Of a stretch of DNA of 64,000 bases, positions 41,090 through 51,448 are shown in pieces. The position numbers were made by a program, and so were the translations under genes. This DNA is from an uncultured SAR116 cluster alpha proteobacterium. Lineage in GTDB: Bacteria; Pseudomonadota; Alphaproteobacteria; Puniceispirillales; Marisalimonadaceae. How positions within the stretch are numbered: position 1 is the stretch's first letter; every line of letters starts with the position of its first letter. The notes under the pieces were generated by a model. The model searched no databases. It was given only the letters and a program-made list of their open reading frames with translations, and was not told the origin of the DNA. The stretch lies in contig CACAAB010000001.1 of NCBI GenBank assembly GCA_902530325.1, forward strand, positions 11,654-75,653, written 5' to 3'.

Positions 41090-42199
41090 TTAAAAAACTA
41101 CGACTGATCTTATTGACTCACCAGCATGCATCAAATCAAAGCCTTTGTTAATATCTTCTAATTTTAAATTATGAGTAATCATTGGATCAATGTCAATTTT
41201 GCCTTGAAGATACCACTCCACAATTTTAGGAACGTCGGTTCTTCCCCTTGCTCCACCAAAAGCTGTACCTTTCCAGCTTCTACCTGTAACTAGTTGGAAA
41301 GGTCTAGTTTTAATTTCTTGCCCTGCTCCAGCAACCCCAATTATTATACTTTCTCCCCAGCCTTTATGTGCGCACTCTAAAGCTTGTCTCATTACATTCA
41401 CATTCCCAATACATTCGAAAGAGTAGTCTGCACCACCACCTGTAAGATCAACTAAGTAATTAACTAAATCACCATCAATCTCTGATGGATTTACAAAATG
41501 TGTCATACCAAACTTTTTTCCCCAAGATTCTTTTTTGTTATTCATGTCGACACCAACAATCATGTTTGCTCCTATCATTCTCAAACCTTGAATAACATTA
41601 AGACCAATACCACCTAAGCCAAAAACTACTGCGTTACAACCTGCAGTTGCCTTTGCTGTATTGATAACGGCTCCAATACCTGTAGTTACACCGCATCCGA
41701 TATAACAAATTTTATCAAAGGGAGCTTTTTTATTTACTTTAGCAAGCGCAATTTCAGGAACTACAGTGTAATTTGAAAAAGTAGATGTTCCCATATAATG
41801 CAATATGGGTTTCCCATTTATCGAAAATCTACTAGTGCCATCAGGCATTACTCCCTTACCTTGGGTAACTCTTATGGCCTGACATAAATTAGTTTTCGGA
41901 TGCAAACAATACTCACACTCTCTGCATTCCGGTGTATAAAGAGGAATTATATGATCACCTTCTTTAAGAGATGTTACGCCTTTACCCACTTCTCTTACAA
42001 CTCCTGCTCCTTCGTGCCCTAATATTGCTGGGAAAAGTCCTTCAGGATCATCCCCAGAAAGTGTGAACTCATCAGTGTGGCATATACCTGTTGCTCTTAT
42101 TTCTACTAGAACTTCTCCGTAACGAGGCCCTTCTAAATCCACATCCATAATTTCAAGCGGTTTTCCCGCCTCTACAGCAACTGCAGCTCTAGTTTTCAT
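41090..42199 (-). CDS. frmA: S-(hydroxymethyl)glutathione dehydrogenase / class III alcohol dehydrogenase
   Basis: 'GICHTD.FTLSG.DPEG', 'GHEGAG', 'PECRECEYC', '[10 protein letters not shown]', 'GESIRSVV'; adjacent to fghA. Confidence 0.96.
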   Translation of the reverse strand: MKTRAAVAVEAGKPLEIMDVDLEGPRYGEVLVEIRATGICHTDEFTLSGDDPEGLFPAILGHEGAGVVREVGKGVTSLKEGDHIIPLYTPECRECEYCLHPKTNLCQAIRVTQGKGVMPDGTSRFSINGKPILHYMGTSTFSNYTVVPEIALAKVNKKAPFDKICYIGCGVTTGIGAVINTAKATAGCNAVVFGLGGIGLNVIQGLRMIGANMIVGVDMNNKKESWGKKFGMTHFVNPSEIDGDLVNYLVDLTGGGADYSFECIGNVNVMRQALECAHKGWGESIIIGVAGAGQEIKTRPFQLVTGRSWKGTAFGGARGRTDVPKIVEWYLQGKIDIDPMITHNLKLEDINKGFDLMHAGESIRSVVVF

Positions 42200-42319
42200 T
42201 GTATCCCCCAACAATAATTTTCTTAAATTTAAAATTTATTATGATTTATAATCCATGACTTGCAAGATTTTTTAGTATATATGTTAGGTTTCAAAGATTT
42301 AGATATTAGGAGCATCTCT

Positions 42320-43129
42320 ATGAGTTTTGTTGAAACTGAAATTAATGGCCAAATAATAACTATCAGATTAAATCGTCCAGAAAGATTAAATGCTTTAAGC
42401 ACCGTTATAAGAAAAGGTATGGCAGAAGCGTTCAATAGATATCATGAGGATAAAGATCTAGAAGTAGCAATTTTGACAGGAACTGGAAGAGGGTTTTGTG
42501 CAGGCGAAGATATGAAAGAGTCTATTGACAGAGGCATCCCAGGATCCCCAAAAGAATTTGTAGAAGAAAACTTAGTTGACCCATTTCAGACAGGTGCTCT
42601 TCAAAAGCCAGTCATAGCAGCAGTAAATGGATATGCGATGGGTGGTGGATTTATGTTAGTTGAGAGAACAGATCTTAGGATTGCTGTGAAAGAAGCAATT
42701 TTTGAAATGTCAGAAGCAAAAAGATGGCTTCTTGGCGGTTATAATCATGGACATTATGGCAACCTCCCACATCCCGTTGCAACTGAAATGGCTTTTGGAT
42801 ATAGAATTTCTGCTGAAAGGATGCATCAAGTTGGTTTCATTAATCGTTTAGTGGAAGCTAAAGATCTTATGAGTGAGGCTTATTCAATGGCAGAACATCT
42901 GCTATCACTCCCTCCTGCTGCAAGAGTAAACACACTTTATATGATGAAGCATATGGCACCAAAAATAAATCCTAATATTGCAGACCTTGCTGAAAAGCTA
43001 CATCTTCACGGCGACACTGAGGATAGAATGGAAAGTAGAAGAGCCTTTGCAGAAAAAAGAAAACCAAACTTCAAAGGCTGGCTTAACCCAGAAGATAGAT
43101 ATAATATGCCGAAATTAGAGGAAAATTAG
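42320..43129 (+). CDS. Enoyl-CoA hydratase/isomerase family protein (divergent)
   Basis: 'LNRPERLNA', 'GFCAGED', 'KPVIAAVNG.A.GGG', 'AFAEKRKP.FKG'; AGGAG before ATG at 42320. Confidence 0.86.
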   Translation: MSFVETEINGQIITIRLNRPERLNALSTVIRKGMAEAFNRYHEDKDLEVAILTGTGRGFCAGEDMKESIDRGIPGSPKEFVEENLVDPFQTGALQKPVIAAVNGYAMGGGFMLVERTDLRIAVKEAIFEMSEAKRWLLGGYNHGHYGNLPHPVATEMAFGYRISAERMHQVGFINRLVEAKDLMSEAYSMAEHLLSLPPAARVNTLYMMKHMAPKINPNIADLAEKLHLHGDTEDRMESRRAFAEKRKPNFKGWLNPEDRYNMPKLEEN

Positions 43130-43137
43130 AGGTCAAA

Positions 43138-44349
43138 ATGAGTGAAATAAATGGAGCTCTTTCTGGGTTAAAAATAGTTGCATGTTCAACAGCACAAGCT
43201 GGAACTGTTCCCTACATGTTAATGGCAGATCTTGGTGCTGAAGTAATTAAAATTGAAACGCCAGGTAAAGGTGATAACAATCGTAACTCAGGTTTTTTAG
43301 AAGGAGAGATAGGATCATTTTTTGAAACTAATAACAGAGGTGTTAAAAGTTTAACTCTCAATCTTAAATCAGAAAACGGACAAAAAATACTTCACAGTTT
43401 AATAAAGGATGCCGATGTGTTTGGTCAAAATTTTAGACCAGGCGTTGCTGAAAAACTTAATTTTGATTATGAAACTCTTAGCAAAATTAATCCTAAAATA
43501 GTTTACGCTTCTGTTTCTGCTTATGGGCCTGATGCCCCAGACGGACACTTACCAGGAACTGACGCGGTAGGACAAGCTTTAAGTGGAATAGCTGAAGCAT
43601 ATTCAATTCCTGGAAATAATTTAAGAACAGGAGTAGCCTCAGTTGCAGATGAAAGCTGTGCAATACTAACTTTTGGAGGAATTTTAGCAGCATATATAAA
43701 TGCTCAGAAAACAGGAAAAGGTCAAAAGTTAGAGACTTCTTTAGTTGGGAGTGCTTTCAGACTTCTTGGTTGGACTATGACTACAGCAATGTGGAGTAAC
43801 AGGCCACCAATTACTGGAGCTAGAATTAATGGAACAAGAGAAAGGCCGGGTATTGCTGCATGTTTTAACGATATTAATGGTAAACCTTTTGCACTTCAAC
43901 TTGACCCAGATGACTGGCAAGAAGCAATGAAAGCTCTTAACTTTTTTGATATTCTTACAGAAAATGGTCTTATTGACCTTGGTTTGGCATTTGAGTCTGA
44001 AATAAAGAAAACTGAAATTTTGGATAAACTTGCTGAATTATTCTCAACTGATACCAGAGATAATTGGATATCAGTCTTGAGAAAAGCTGACATGATATCT
44101 ACCCATGTTAATACAATGCTTGAAGCATCTAATGATCCAAATATAAAAGAAAACAATTATGTAACAGAAGTATGGTACCCAGAACTAAACAAAAATATGA
44201 AAGTACACGGTACTCCTTGGAAATTTTCCAAAACACCTGCTAACATAAAAAGAGCACCTAAACTCGGTGAACACAATACTGAGATATTATCTGATTTAGG
44301 CTATACTAAAGATGAGATTGAAGGTTTTAAAGACGACAAGATTATCTAA
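43138..44349 (+). CDS. Class III CoA-transferase (CaiB/BaiF, divergent)
   Basis: 'MADLGAEVIKIE', 'NNRGVKS', 'QNFRPG', 'VADESC', 'APKLGEH'. Confidence 0.9.
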   Translation: MSEINGALSGLKIVACSTAQAGTVPYMLMADLGAEVIKIETPGKGDNNRNSGFLEGEIGSFFETNNRGVKSLTLNLKSENGQKILHSLIKDADVFGQNFRPGVAEKLNFDYETLSKINPKIVYASVSAYGPDAPDGHLPGTDAVGQALSGIAEAYSIPGNNLRTGVASVADESCAILTFGGILAAYINAQKTGKGQKLETSLVGSAFRLLGWTMTTAMWSNRPPITGARINGTRERPGIAACFNDINGKPFALQLDPDDWQEAMKALNFFDILTENGLIDLGLAFESEIKKTEILDKLAELFSTDTRDNWISVLRKADMISTHVNTMLEASNDPNIKENNYVTEVWYPELNKNMKVHGTPWKFSKTPANIKRAPKLGEHNTEILSDLGYTKDEIEGFKDDKII

Positions 44350-44872
44350 TTTCTCTCATTTCTTTTGCAAACTTTTTGAAATTTGCTACATAATGCTTTG
44401 AAGATTTCGTCATGTTATCAATCATCTCTTGGCTTAGCTCTTTTACAGCTTTAGCCGGTGAACCAATAATTAACGAACCATCAGGAAATTCTTTATTTTC
44501 AGTAACGAGTGCACCAGCTCCTACTAGACAATTGTTACCTATCTTAGCATTATTAAGTATTGTTGCGCCCATCCCAACTAAGGAATTATTACCTATTGTA
44601 CAACCGTGTATAATTGCATTATGTCCAATCGTACAATTATTACCTATGGTGACAGGACAATCAGGATCAACGTGAATTATAGTGTTTTCTTGTATGTTTG
44701 TTTCTTCGCCAATCTTAATAACGTCATTATCACCTCTTAAAACTGATCCAAACCATACACCAACATCTCTCCCTAAAATAACGTTTCCTATAACATGTGC
44801 ATCTGGTGCAACCCAATATAGGTTATTTTCAGGTAATTGAGGTTTTTTTTCACCTAAACTATAAATTGGCAT
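44342..44872 (-). CDS. Gamma-carbonic anhydrase family (PaaY/YrdA-like hexapeptide repeat) protein
   Basis: 'VLRGD', 'NIQE...IH', 'TIGH.AIIHGC', 'GSPAK'. Confidence 0.92.
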   Translation of the reverse strand: MPIYSLGEKKPQLPENNLYWVAPDAHVIGNVILGRDVGVWFGSVLRGDNDVIKIGEETNIQENTIIHVDPDCPVTIGNNCTIGHNAIIHGCTIGNNSLVGMGATILNNAKIGNNCLVGAGALVTENKEFPDGSLIIGSPAKAVKELSQEMIDNMTKSSKHYVANFKKFAKEMREIR

Positions 44873-44965
44873 TAGCACTCCTTTATATTAAGTTTACGTT
44901 AAAATTATATCTTATATAATTTTTTCTTATTGTTAATATTTTATTAAAAATTATGAAAGCTCTTT

Positions 44966-46060
44966 ATGGTTATTAGAGATAATATTGTTTCAAAAGTTAC
45001 GATTTACAGACTAGATGTTCCTCTAATAAAGCCTTATAAATTATCCTATAATACTTTCTATTCTTTTGAACCGTTGTTGATTCATATTGTAGATGATCAA
45101 GGAAATGAGGGATGGGGTGAACAGCACATATCACCAGGCTCCAGCAGTGAAACTAGAGACGGTGGATGGACATTTGCCAAAGTTATATCAAAATTAATTT
45201 TAAATAAAAAATTATACGAAGCAAAAGAAATCATTTTATCTAATTCCTCTATAAGTATTGTTGCTTCAAGTGCAATCTATACAGCAATCGAGATGCTAGA
45301 AAAAAATAATATTTTAAATAATAAGAGTTCTCTAAAACTTAAATTATTAACTTCATTTAATGCAGAGGAAGAATCTGAAATAAAAGATGAATTGGACAAA
45401 GTAACTGAACAAGGATTTACAACAATAAAAATTAAGGTTGGAAAGGACGTTAATGCAGATATTAAAAAGATAAATAATATACAAACTTATTTGAATGGCA
45501 GAGCTACCCTAAGAATAGACGCTAATAGAGGGTACACAAAAAAAGACGGTTGTAAATTTGTTCAAGGGTTAAAGCCTGATTTCATAGAATTATTTGAGCA
45601 GCCTTGTGATGCTAATGATTGGGATGCAAACGCTGCGGTCGCTAAACTATCACGCATCCCAATAATGTTGGACGAACCTATTTGTAGTATTAAAGATATT
45701 GAAAAAGCTTCTAAATTAAAAGGCGTAGGATTATGCAAACTTAAGTTGAAAAGATTTTTATCTATTACAAAATTAACTGAAGCCATAAAATATGCACATA
45801 AATTAGGATTAAAAATTGTACTTGGTGACGGGCTTGGTACTGAAATTAATTGTTGGATGGAAGCTAGGATTGCAAAAAACTTAATTGACAATGCTGGAGA
45901 ATATAACGGTTTTTTAAAAATTGATCCAAAAGCAAGAATTTTGTCAAATCCCCTAAAATTTACGAATGGTTTTCTATTGATATCTGAGAATTGGAATCTT
46001 GAAATTGACAGACATAAAGTAGAAAAATACAGTATTAATAAAGAGGAAATTTACAAGTAA
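44966..46060 (+). CDS. Enolase superfamily enzyme (mandelate racemase / muconate lactonizing subgroup)
   Basis: 'GWGE', KxK in 'TIKIKVG', metal ligands 'IDANRG', 'FEQP', 'LDE', second Lys in 'CKLKLKR'. Confidence 0.88.
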   Translation: MVIRDNIVSKVTIYRLDVPLIKPYKLSYNTFYSFEPLLIHIVDDQGNEGWGEQHISPGSSSETRDGGWTFAKVISKLILNKKLYEAKEIILSNSSISIVASSAIYTAIEMLEKNNILNNKSSLKLKLLTSFNAEEESEIKDELDKVTEQGFTTIKIKVGKDVNADIKKINNIQTYLNGRATLRIDANRGYTKKDGCKFVQGLKPDFIELFEQPCDANDWDANAAVAKLSRIPIMLDEPICSIKDIEKASKLKGVGLCKLKLKRFLSITKLTEAIKYAHKLGLKIVLGDGLGTEINCWMEARIAKNLIDNAGEYNGFLKIDPKARILSNPLKFTNGFLLISENWNLEIDRHKVEKYSINKEEIYK

Positions 46061-46080
46061 ATTAAATAGGAAAAAAAGGA

Positions 46081-46935
46081 ATGAAATTAATTAATAGTGT
46101 TAAGAGCTTGGGTGGAGAGATTGTAGATTTGGACATCAGTAATAAATTGACTCAAGATCAAATTAATTTCATAAATCAATCTTGGGATGAAAGGCTCGTC
46201 TTAGTATTTAAAAAACAAAATTTAGATGATCATAAATTAATAAATTTTAGTAAATATTTTGGTGAACTCGACCCTCCTGGCCCTAATCCATATGGTATAA
46301 CATTTTTACCAGAATTTCCTGAAATTAATGTAATTTCTAATGTTAAAAATAAACAGGGTACTCCTATAGGTAATTTAGGAGATGGTGAAGCAGTCTGGCA
46401 TGCCGATATGACTTACCTACAACTACCTCCAAAGGCTGGAATTTTATATGCTCTTGAAGTACCTGAAAATCAAGGTAATACCCACTTTGCAAATATGGCC
46501 TTAGCGTATAGTGAATTATCAAATAAACTTAAGGAAAAAATTGATGATAAAATCTTGATACATGATTCTGCTCATAATAGTGCTGGTATGCTTAGAAAAG
46601 GGTACTCAGAGGTTGACAATCCAACTGAGACACCTGGAGCCAGACATCCAATGGTAATTACAGATAAAAGTACCAACAAGAAACTTCTCTTTCTTGGAAG
46701 AAGACCTCATGCTTATATCATTGGGTTAGAAATTGAGGAAAGTGAAAATTTATTGGATGAAATTTGGGAACATGCAACACAAGAAAAATACACTTGGACA
46801 CAGAAATGGGAGAAGGGTGATTTACTTATGTGGAAAAACTTGAATGTGCTTCACAAAAGAGATGCCTTTGATCCAAATACAAGAAGAGTAATGCATAGAA
46901 CGCAACTAAAAGGCGAAATAGAGATTTCTGCTTAA
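46081..46935 (+). CDS. TauD/TfdA family Fe(II)/2-oxoglutarate dioxygenase
   Basis: HxD in 'WHADMT', 'GNTHFANM', 'HP.V', 'W..GD..MW.N..VLHKR', 'RVMHR'. Confidence 0.92.
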   Translation: MKLINSVKSLGGEIVDLDISNKLTQDQINFINQSWDERLVLVFKKQNLDDHKLINFSKYFGELDPPGPNPYGITFLPEFPEINVISNVKNKQGTPIGNLGDGEAVWHADMTYLQLPPKAGILYALEVPENQGNTHFANMALAYSELSNKLKEKIDDKILIHDSAHNSAGMLRKGYSEVDNPTETPGARHPMVITDKSTNKKLLFLGRRPHAYIIGLEIEESENLLDEIWEHATQEKYTWTQKWEKGDLLMWKNLNVLHKRDAFDPNTRRVMHRTQLKGEIEISA

Positions 46936-47026
46936 TATGTTTATATTAATATATCTGAAACTCTTATTGATTTATTATAAAATCAATAGCAAACTAAATT
47001 ATAATTTTTTTAATTGGGAGAGAAAT

Positions 47027-48022
47027 ATGACACAACTTAAGAATTCTTTAAGAAGAAGTATTGTAAAGGCAAGTTTAGGTGTTGTCGCTATTACAGGAAT
47101 TAGTACCATTGGTTTAGTATCTATTGCTAGTGCTGACAAATATCCTAGTAAGCCGATAGAGTTAGTAATACATGCTAAATATGGTGGGGGAACTGACACT
47201 ACCGCAAGAATGGTATCTATTAGAACAAGGAGAAATTTAAAAACAGATATATCTATTGTAGCTAAAAGAGGTGGTTCGGGAGCAAAAGCTCAAAACTATG
47301 TTTTAACAAAACCTGCCGACGGATATACAATCATGGCTTTAACACAATCTCATCTCTACACAATGGCTAGAGGTAAATCTAATATGAAGATTGACGACAT
47401 AGTAGGAGTTGCAAGAGCAATGGATGACCCAACCTTCATTACTGTATCAGGAAAAGGAAAGTTTAATACTTTAGAGGAGCTTGTCGCTGCTTCTAAAAAA
47501 GCTCCATTAAATTGGGGGGTTGCTCAGATTGGAGGAACTGAACATATAGGGTTAGCACAGTTCGCAAAAGAAGCTGGGATTAAGTTCAAAGTTGTACCAT
47601 TTGGATCAGGCGCACAAATGGTACAAGCACTTATGGCAGGTAAAATTGATGCTACATTACCTAACGTGAGTGAAGCTGCTAACCAAGTTGCAGATGGTAG
47701 CTTTAAGGCTCTTGCAGTGATGGCTGAAGACAGACTTAAAGACTATCCAAATGTTCCTACTACTTATGAAAAAGGAATTAAGGCAAAATGTTCAACGACA
47801 AGGGGTTATGCTGTATTAGCTTCTACTCCACAACCAATTATAGATCAGATTTCTAAAGCTATGGTTAAGGCAATGAAACATGACGTTTTTGCTAGTTATC
47901 TTGCTGGTGCTGGACTAACTGTTGAAGGTAGTGTTGCCGGAACGAAAGTTTGGGACAAACAATTAAAAGCTGAATATAAAGTTGCAGCATCTGCTCTTAA
48001 AGAACTTGGTTTAATAAAATAA
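47027..48022 (+). CDS. tctC: Tripartite tricarboxylate transporter substrate-binding protein (Bug/TctC)
   Basis: 'YPSKPIEL', 'GGGTD..AR', 'PADGYT', 'VPF.SG', 'PNVPT'; Tat-like 'LRRSIVK' signal after ATG at 47027. Confidence 0.88.
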   Translation: MTQLKNSLRRSIVKASLGVVAITGISTIGLVSIASADKYPSKPIELVIHAKYGGGTDTTARMVSIRTRRNLKTDISIVAKRGGSGAKAQNYVLTKPADGYTIMALTQSHLYTMARGKSNMKIDDIVGVARAMDDPTFITVSGKGKFNTLEELVAASKKAPLNWGVAQIGGTEHIGLAQFAKEAGIKFKVVPFGSGAQMVQALMAGKIDATLPNVSEAANQVADGSFKALAVMAEDRLKDYPNVPTTYEKGIKAKCSTTRGYAVLASTPQPIIDQISKAMVKAMKHDVFASYLAGAGLTVEGSVAGTKVWDKQLKAEYKVAASALKELGLIK

Positions 48023-48041
48023 ATTTTAGGTTTTTAAAGAT

Positions 48042-48560
48042 ATGAAGAATAAAGAAAATGCATCCAATTCTTTGGGTGCATTATTAAATACAAGTGATAC
48101 AATAATTGCAATTATTTTGTCTTTAATTATTGCTTTTTTGTGGTTTGAAACGACTAAATTTGAAAAAGTCCCTGACTTATTCTCAAATAATATTCCCCCA
48201 GAAATGTTTCCTCAAATATTACTTATAATTATTCTTGGGATGGTTTTAATAATACCCTTTGAACATATTTTTTTGAAGAAAAGTGGGAAAAATATTGATT
48301 CTTCAAGAAAAAACCCTGTGGAGATTTCAACTATTGGGACTATGGTCATTTTGACAGCAATCATAGCTTCTTCACAAATTCTAGGTGCTGCTCTAACAAT
48401 AATAGCAGTTAGCATATCATTACCAATCTATTGGGGAGAAAGAAGATTAAAAGTATTAATATCTTATGTTGTTGGATTTCCGTTATTTGTAATAATTTTA
48501 TTTAATGTAATTCTTGGAGTTCATTTTGAACCAGGATTATTAGATCTCATAAAGAATTAG
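48042..48560 (+). CDS. tctB: TTT small membrane subunit
   Basis: 4 TM segments, 'PEMFP', 'F...LGV'; between tctC and tctA. Confidence 0.82.
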   Translation: MKNKENASNSLGALLNTSDTIIAIILSLIIAFLWFETTKFEKVPDLFSNNIPPEMFPQILLIIILGMVLIIPFEHIFLKKSGKNIDSSRKNPVEISTIGTMVILTAIIASSQILGAALTIIAVSISLPIYWGERRLKVLISYVVGFPLFVIILFNVILGVHFEPGLLDLIKN

Positions 48561-48573
48561 AGAGGATCAAAAT

Positions 48574-50046
48574 TTGGAAGACATCGTCAAAGGTATTGGA
48601 TTATTACTAGAATTTCAAAACATCCTCCTAATTTTATCAGGCGTGTTAATCGGAGTTTTAGTTGGAGCCTTACCAGGTTTAAGCTCTCCTATGGCTATTG
48701 CCCTACTGATCCCCTTTACAATCTCTCTAGATCCAGTCGCAGCAATTGCTATGATGGCTGCTCTTTACTGCGCTGGAACTTTTGGAGGTTCAATTACTGC
48801 TATACTCATTAATGCTCCGGGTGCCCCCCCTGCAGTAGCAACTGCTTTGGATGGATACCCAATGGCAAAAAATGGTGAACCAGGAAGAGCTCTTGGTTTA
48901 GCCGCCGTATCTAGTGTTTTTGGTGGAATTTTTAGTTTAATAATTTTTATATTTGCAGCGCCTCTTTTAGCAAAACTTGCTTTGGAATTTGGACCTGCAG
49001 AATATTTTGGGCTTGCTGTATTTGCACTTTCGATGCTTGCTTCAATGAGTGGAAAATCTTCTTTGAGAAATCTTATTTCAGGTCTTGTCGGTGTATTAAT
49101 TGGTACCATAGGCATACATTTAACTACTGGTGTCGAAAGATTTACATTTGATATTCCAGATCTTGAAGAGGGCATTCATTTCGTTCCCGTTCTAATTGGT
49201 TTGTTCGCGGTAAGCGAACTCTTTAAGCAATCTGAAAAACTAAATGCAGTTGTTGAAAGAATACAAGCTAAAGCTCTAAGATTACCTTCATTGTTTGAGT
49301 TAAAAAAACTAAAATATACAATCTTGAGATCATCAGGAATTGGAACTTTTATAGGCATTCTTCCAGCTGAAGGTTCTACAGTTGCAGCAATAATTGGTTA
49401 TAATGAAGCTAGACGGTGGTCTAAAGATAAGGATAAATTTGGTAAAGGTTCACCTGAAGGAATAGTTGGACCGGAAGCTGCTAATAATGCAGCTGCAGGT
49501 GGAGCTATGGTTCCTACTCTTGCACTAGGAATACCTGGAAGTGGATCAACAGCTCTTATATTAGCTGCATTAATTATGCATGGTTTTAGACCTGGTCCTT
49601 ATTTAATAAGTGAAACTCCAGAATTTGTGTATGCAATTTTTGGTGCTATGTTAATTGCTAACTTAGGTTTCTTATTTATAGGTTTAGTTGGTGCCAAATT
49701 CTTTTCTTTGGTAGCATTTATTCCTAAAAAACTACTTTGGCCAGCTGTATTTATATTTTCTATGATTGGTTCTTATTCTTTTGCATCATCAATGTTTGAT
49801 GTCTGGGTAATGCTGGCTGCAGGGTTGTTAGGTTATTTTATGGATCGGCATGGTTTCTCAGCTGCCCCGTTAGTCATGGGGTTAATACTTGGTAAATTAG
49901 TGGAGGAAAGCTTTTCTCAATCTATGATTATTCATGATAACAATTTTTTTGCATTACTAGAGAGTCCTGTTGTTTTGTTATTTTTTATGCTCACATTCTT
50001 AAGTTTATCGTCTCCTTTTTGGACAAGATACTTCTCAAAGAAATAA
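48574..50046 (+). CDS. tctA: TTT large permease
   Basis: 'GALPGL', 'GGSITAILINAPG', 'DGYPMA', 'PEAANNA', 'PTLALGIPGS'. Confidence 0.94.
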   Translation: MEDIVKGIGLLLEFQNILLILSGVLIGVLVGALPGLSSPMAIALLIPFTISLDPVAAIAMMAALYCAGTFGGSITAILINAPGAPPAVATALDGYPMAKNGEPGRALGLAAVSSVFGGIFSLIIFIFAAPLLAKLALEFGPAEYFGLAVFALSMLASMSGKSSLRNLISGLVGVLIGTIGIHLTTGVERFTFDIPDLEEGIHFVPVLIGLFAVSELFKQSEKLNAVVERIQAKALRLPSLFELKKLKYTILRSSGIGTFIGILPAEGSTVAAIIGYNEARRWSKDKDKFGKGSPEGIVGPEAANNAAAGGAMVPTLALGIPGSGSTALILAALIMHGFRPGPYLISETPEFVYAIFGAMLIANLGFLFIGLVGAKFFSLVAFIPKKLLWPAVFIFSMIGSYSFASSMFDVWVMLAAGLLGYFMDRHGFSAAPLVMGLILGKLVEESFSQSMIIHDNNFFALLESPVVLLFFMLTFLSLSSPFWTRYFSKK

Positions 50047-50065
50047 TTTTATTAGATGCAGTAAA

Positions 50066-51448
50066 ATGAATAATTTTGAAACTTCTGTTGCTGAAACATT
50101 TTCAGATTGGGTTCATAACCTTAACATAAATGATATACCAGAAGAAGTAGTAAATAAATTACAACTTATTGTAATGGACTCTTTTGGACTTATGGTTTCC
50201 GCTAAAAATGAGCCATATATCATAAGTCTTATCAATGCTTTACAGGAACATGGAGAATGCACATTAGTTGGACATAATAAAAAGGTAAATCCATTTAATG
50301 CGTCTATAATCAATGGAACAGCAATTCATGGTGAGGATTTTGATGACACTTTTGAAGGAACACCTGTTCACGTAGGTTCAGTAATGGTTCCGGCAATTTT
50401 ATCTTCTGCACAAGCTAAAAATTTAGATGGACAAAAATTTTTAAAAGGATTGGTTGTTGGATCAGAATTAATTTGTAGACTAGCCTTGGTTGCACCTACA
50501 GCAGTCCATAGACAGGGTTTTCATCCAACAGCAATTTTTGGAGCTTTTGGTTCATCAATAGGTGTCTCATCTTTACTTGGAAATACTATAAATGAAATGA
50601 GTTCTGGATTAGGTATTGTAGGTAGTATGGCTTCTGGAATTATAGAGTATTTAGCTGAAGGTACGTCTACAAAACGTCTACACCCAGGATGGGCGGCGGG
50701 ATGTGGATTGCAATCTGCTAATTTTGCTAAATCTGGATTTTTAGGGCCAAGAACTGTATTTGAAGGTCAACACGGTGTATTTAATAGTTTTGCTGTAAGA
50801 AATATTAAACCAAATTTTTCGCAAATAATCTCAGATTTGGGAAAAAGATGGGAATCAAAAAACCTCGCTTTAAAGCCATATGCTTGTGGAACAATGGCAC
50901 AACCTTTTATTGATTGTGCTATAAAATTAAAAGGTACAATTAGTAATCTTGAAGACATTGAAAAAATAATTGCTAGCGTTGGTGAGGGAACAGTCCACAG
51001 ATTATGGGAACCATTGCAGGAAAAACAGAATCCATCTTCTCCATATGGAGCAAAATTTTCAGTCCCATATTGTATTTCAATAGGATTAATTAATGGGTCT
51101 GCAGGATTAAAAGAGTTCACAGAAAAATGTTTAAAAAATTTGGAAGTGATAAAACTAGCATCTAAAGTAAATTACGAAATTAATCCAAAAGATGAATATC
51201 CAAGAAATTATACTGGTAAAATACAGATAATTATGAAAGATGGGACAATTTATTCTTCTTCACAAGAATGTTTAAGAGGTGGTAAACGTGACCCTTTAAG
51301 CCTAAATGAAGTAAAAAAGAAATTTGAAGCTAATTTAAAATTTGCAAATATAAAGTCCAGTGAGATTGAAAAACTATATGATTTCATTAATAATATTTTT
51401 AAATCAAAAAATCTAAACGAGTTAAATGACATTAACTTTAATTGTTAA
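50066..51448 (+). CDS. MmgE/PrpD family protein (paralog 3)
   Basis: 'HGEDFDDTFEG.PVH', 'GFHPT', 'TKRLHPGW', 'KPYACGTM', 'AKFS.PY'. Confidence 0.9.
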   Translation: MNNFETSVAETFSDWVHNLNINDIPEEVVNKLQLIVMDSFGLMVSAKNEPYIISLINALQEHGECTLVGHNKKVNPFNASIINGTAIHGEDFDDTFEGTPVHVGSVMVPAILSSAQAKNLDGQKFLKGLVVGSELICRLALVAPTAVHRQGFHPTAIFGAFGSSIGVSSLLGNTINEMSSGLGIVGSMASGIIEYLAEGTSTKRLHPGWAAGCGLQSANFAKSGFLGPRTVFEGQHGVFNSFAVRNIKPNFSQIISDLGKRWESKNLALKPYACGTMAQPFIDCAIKLKGTISNLEDIEKIIASVGEGTVHRLWEPLQEKQNPSSPYGAKFSVPYCISIGLINGSAGLKEFTEKCLKNLEVIKLASKVNYEINPKDEYPRNYTGKIQIIMKDGTIYSSSQECLRGGKRDPLSLNEVKKKFEANLKFANIKSSEIEKLYDFINNIFKSKNLNELNDINFNC

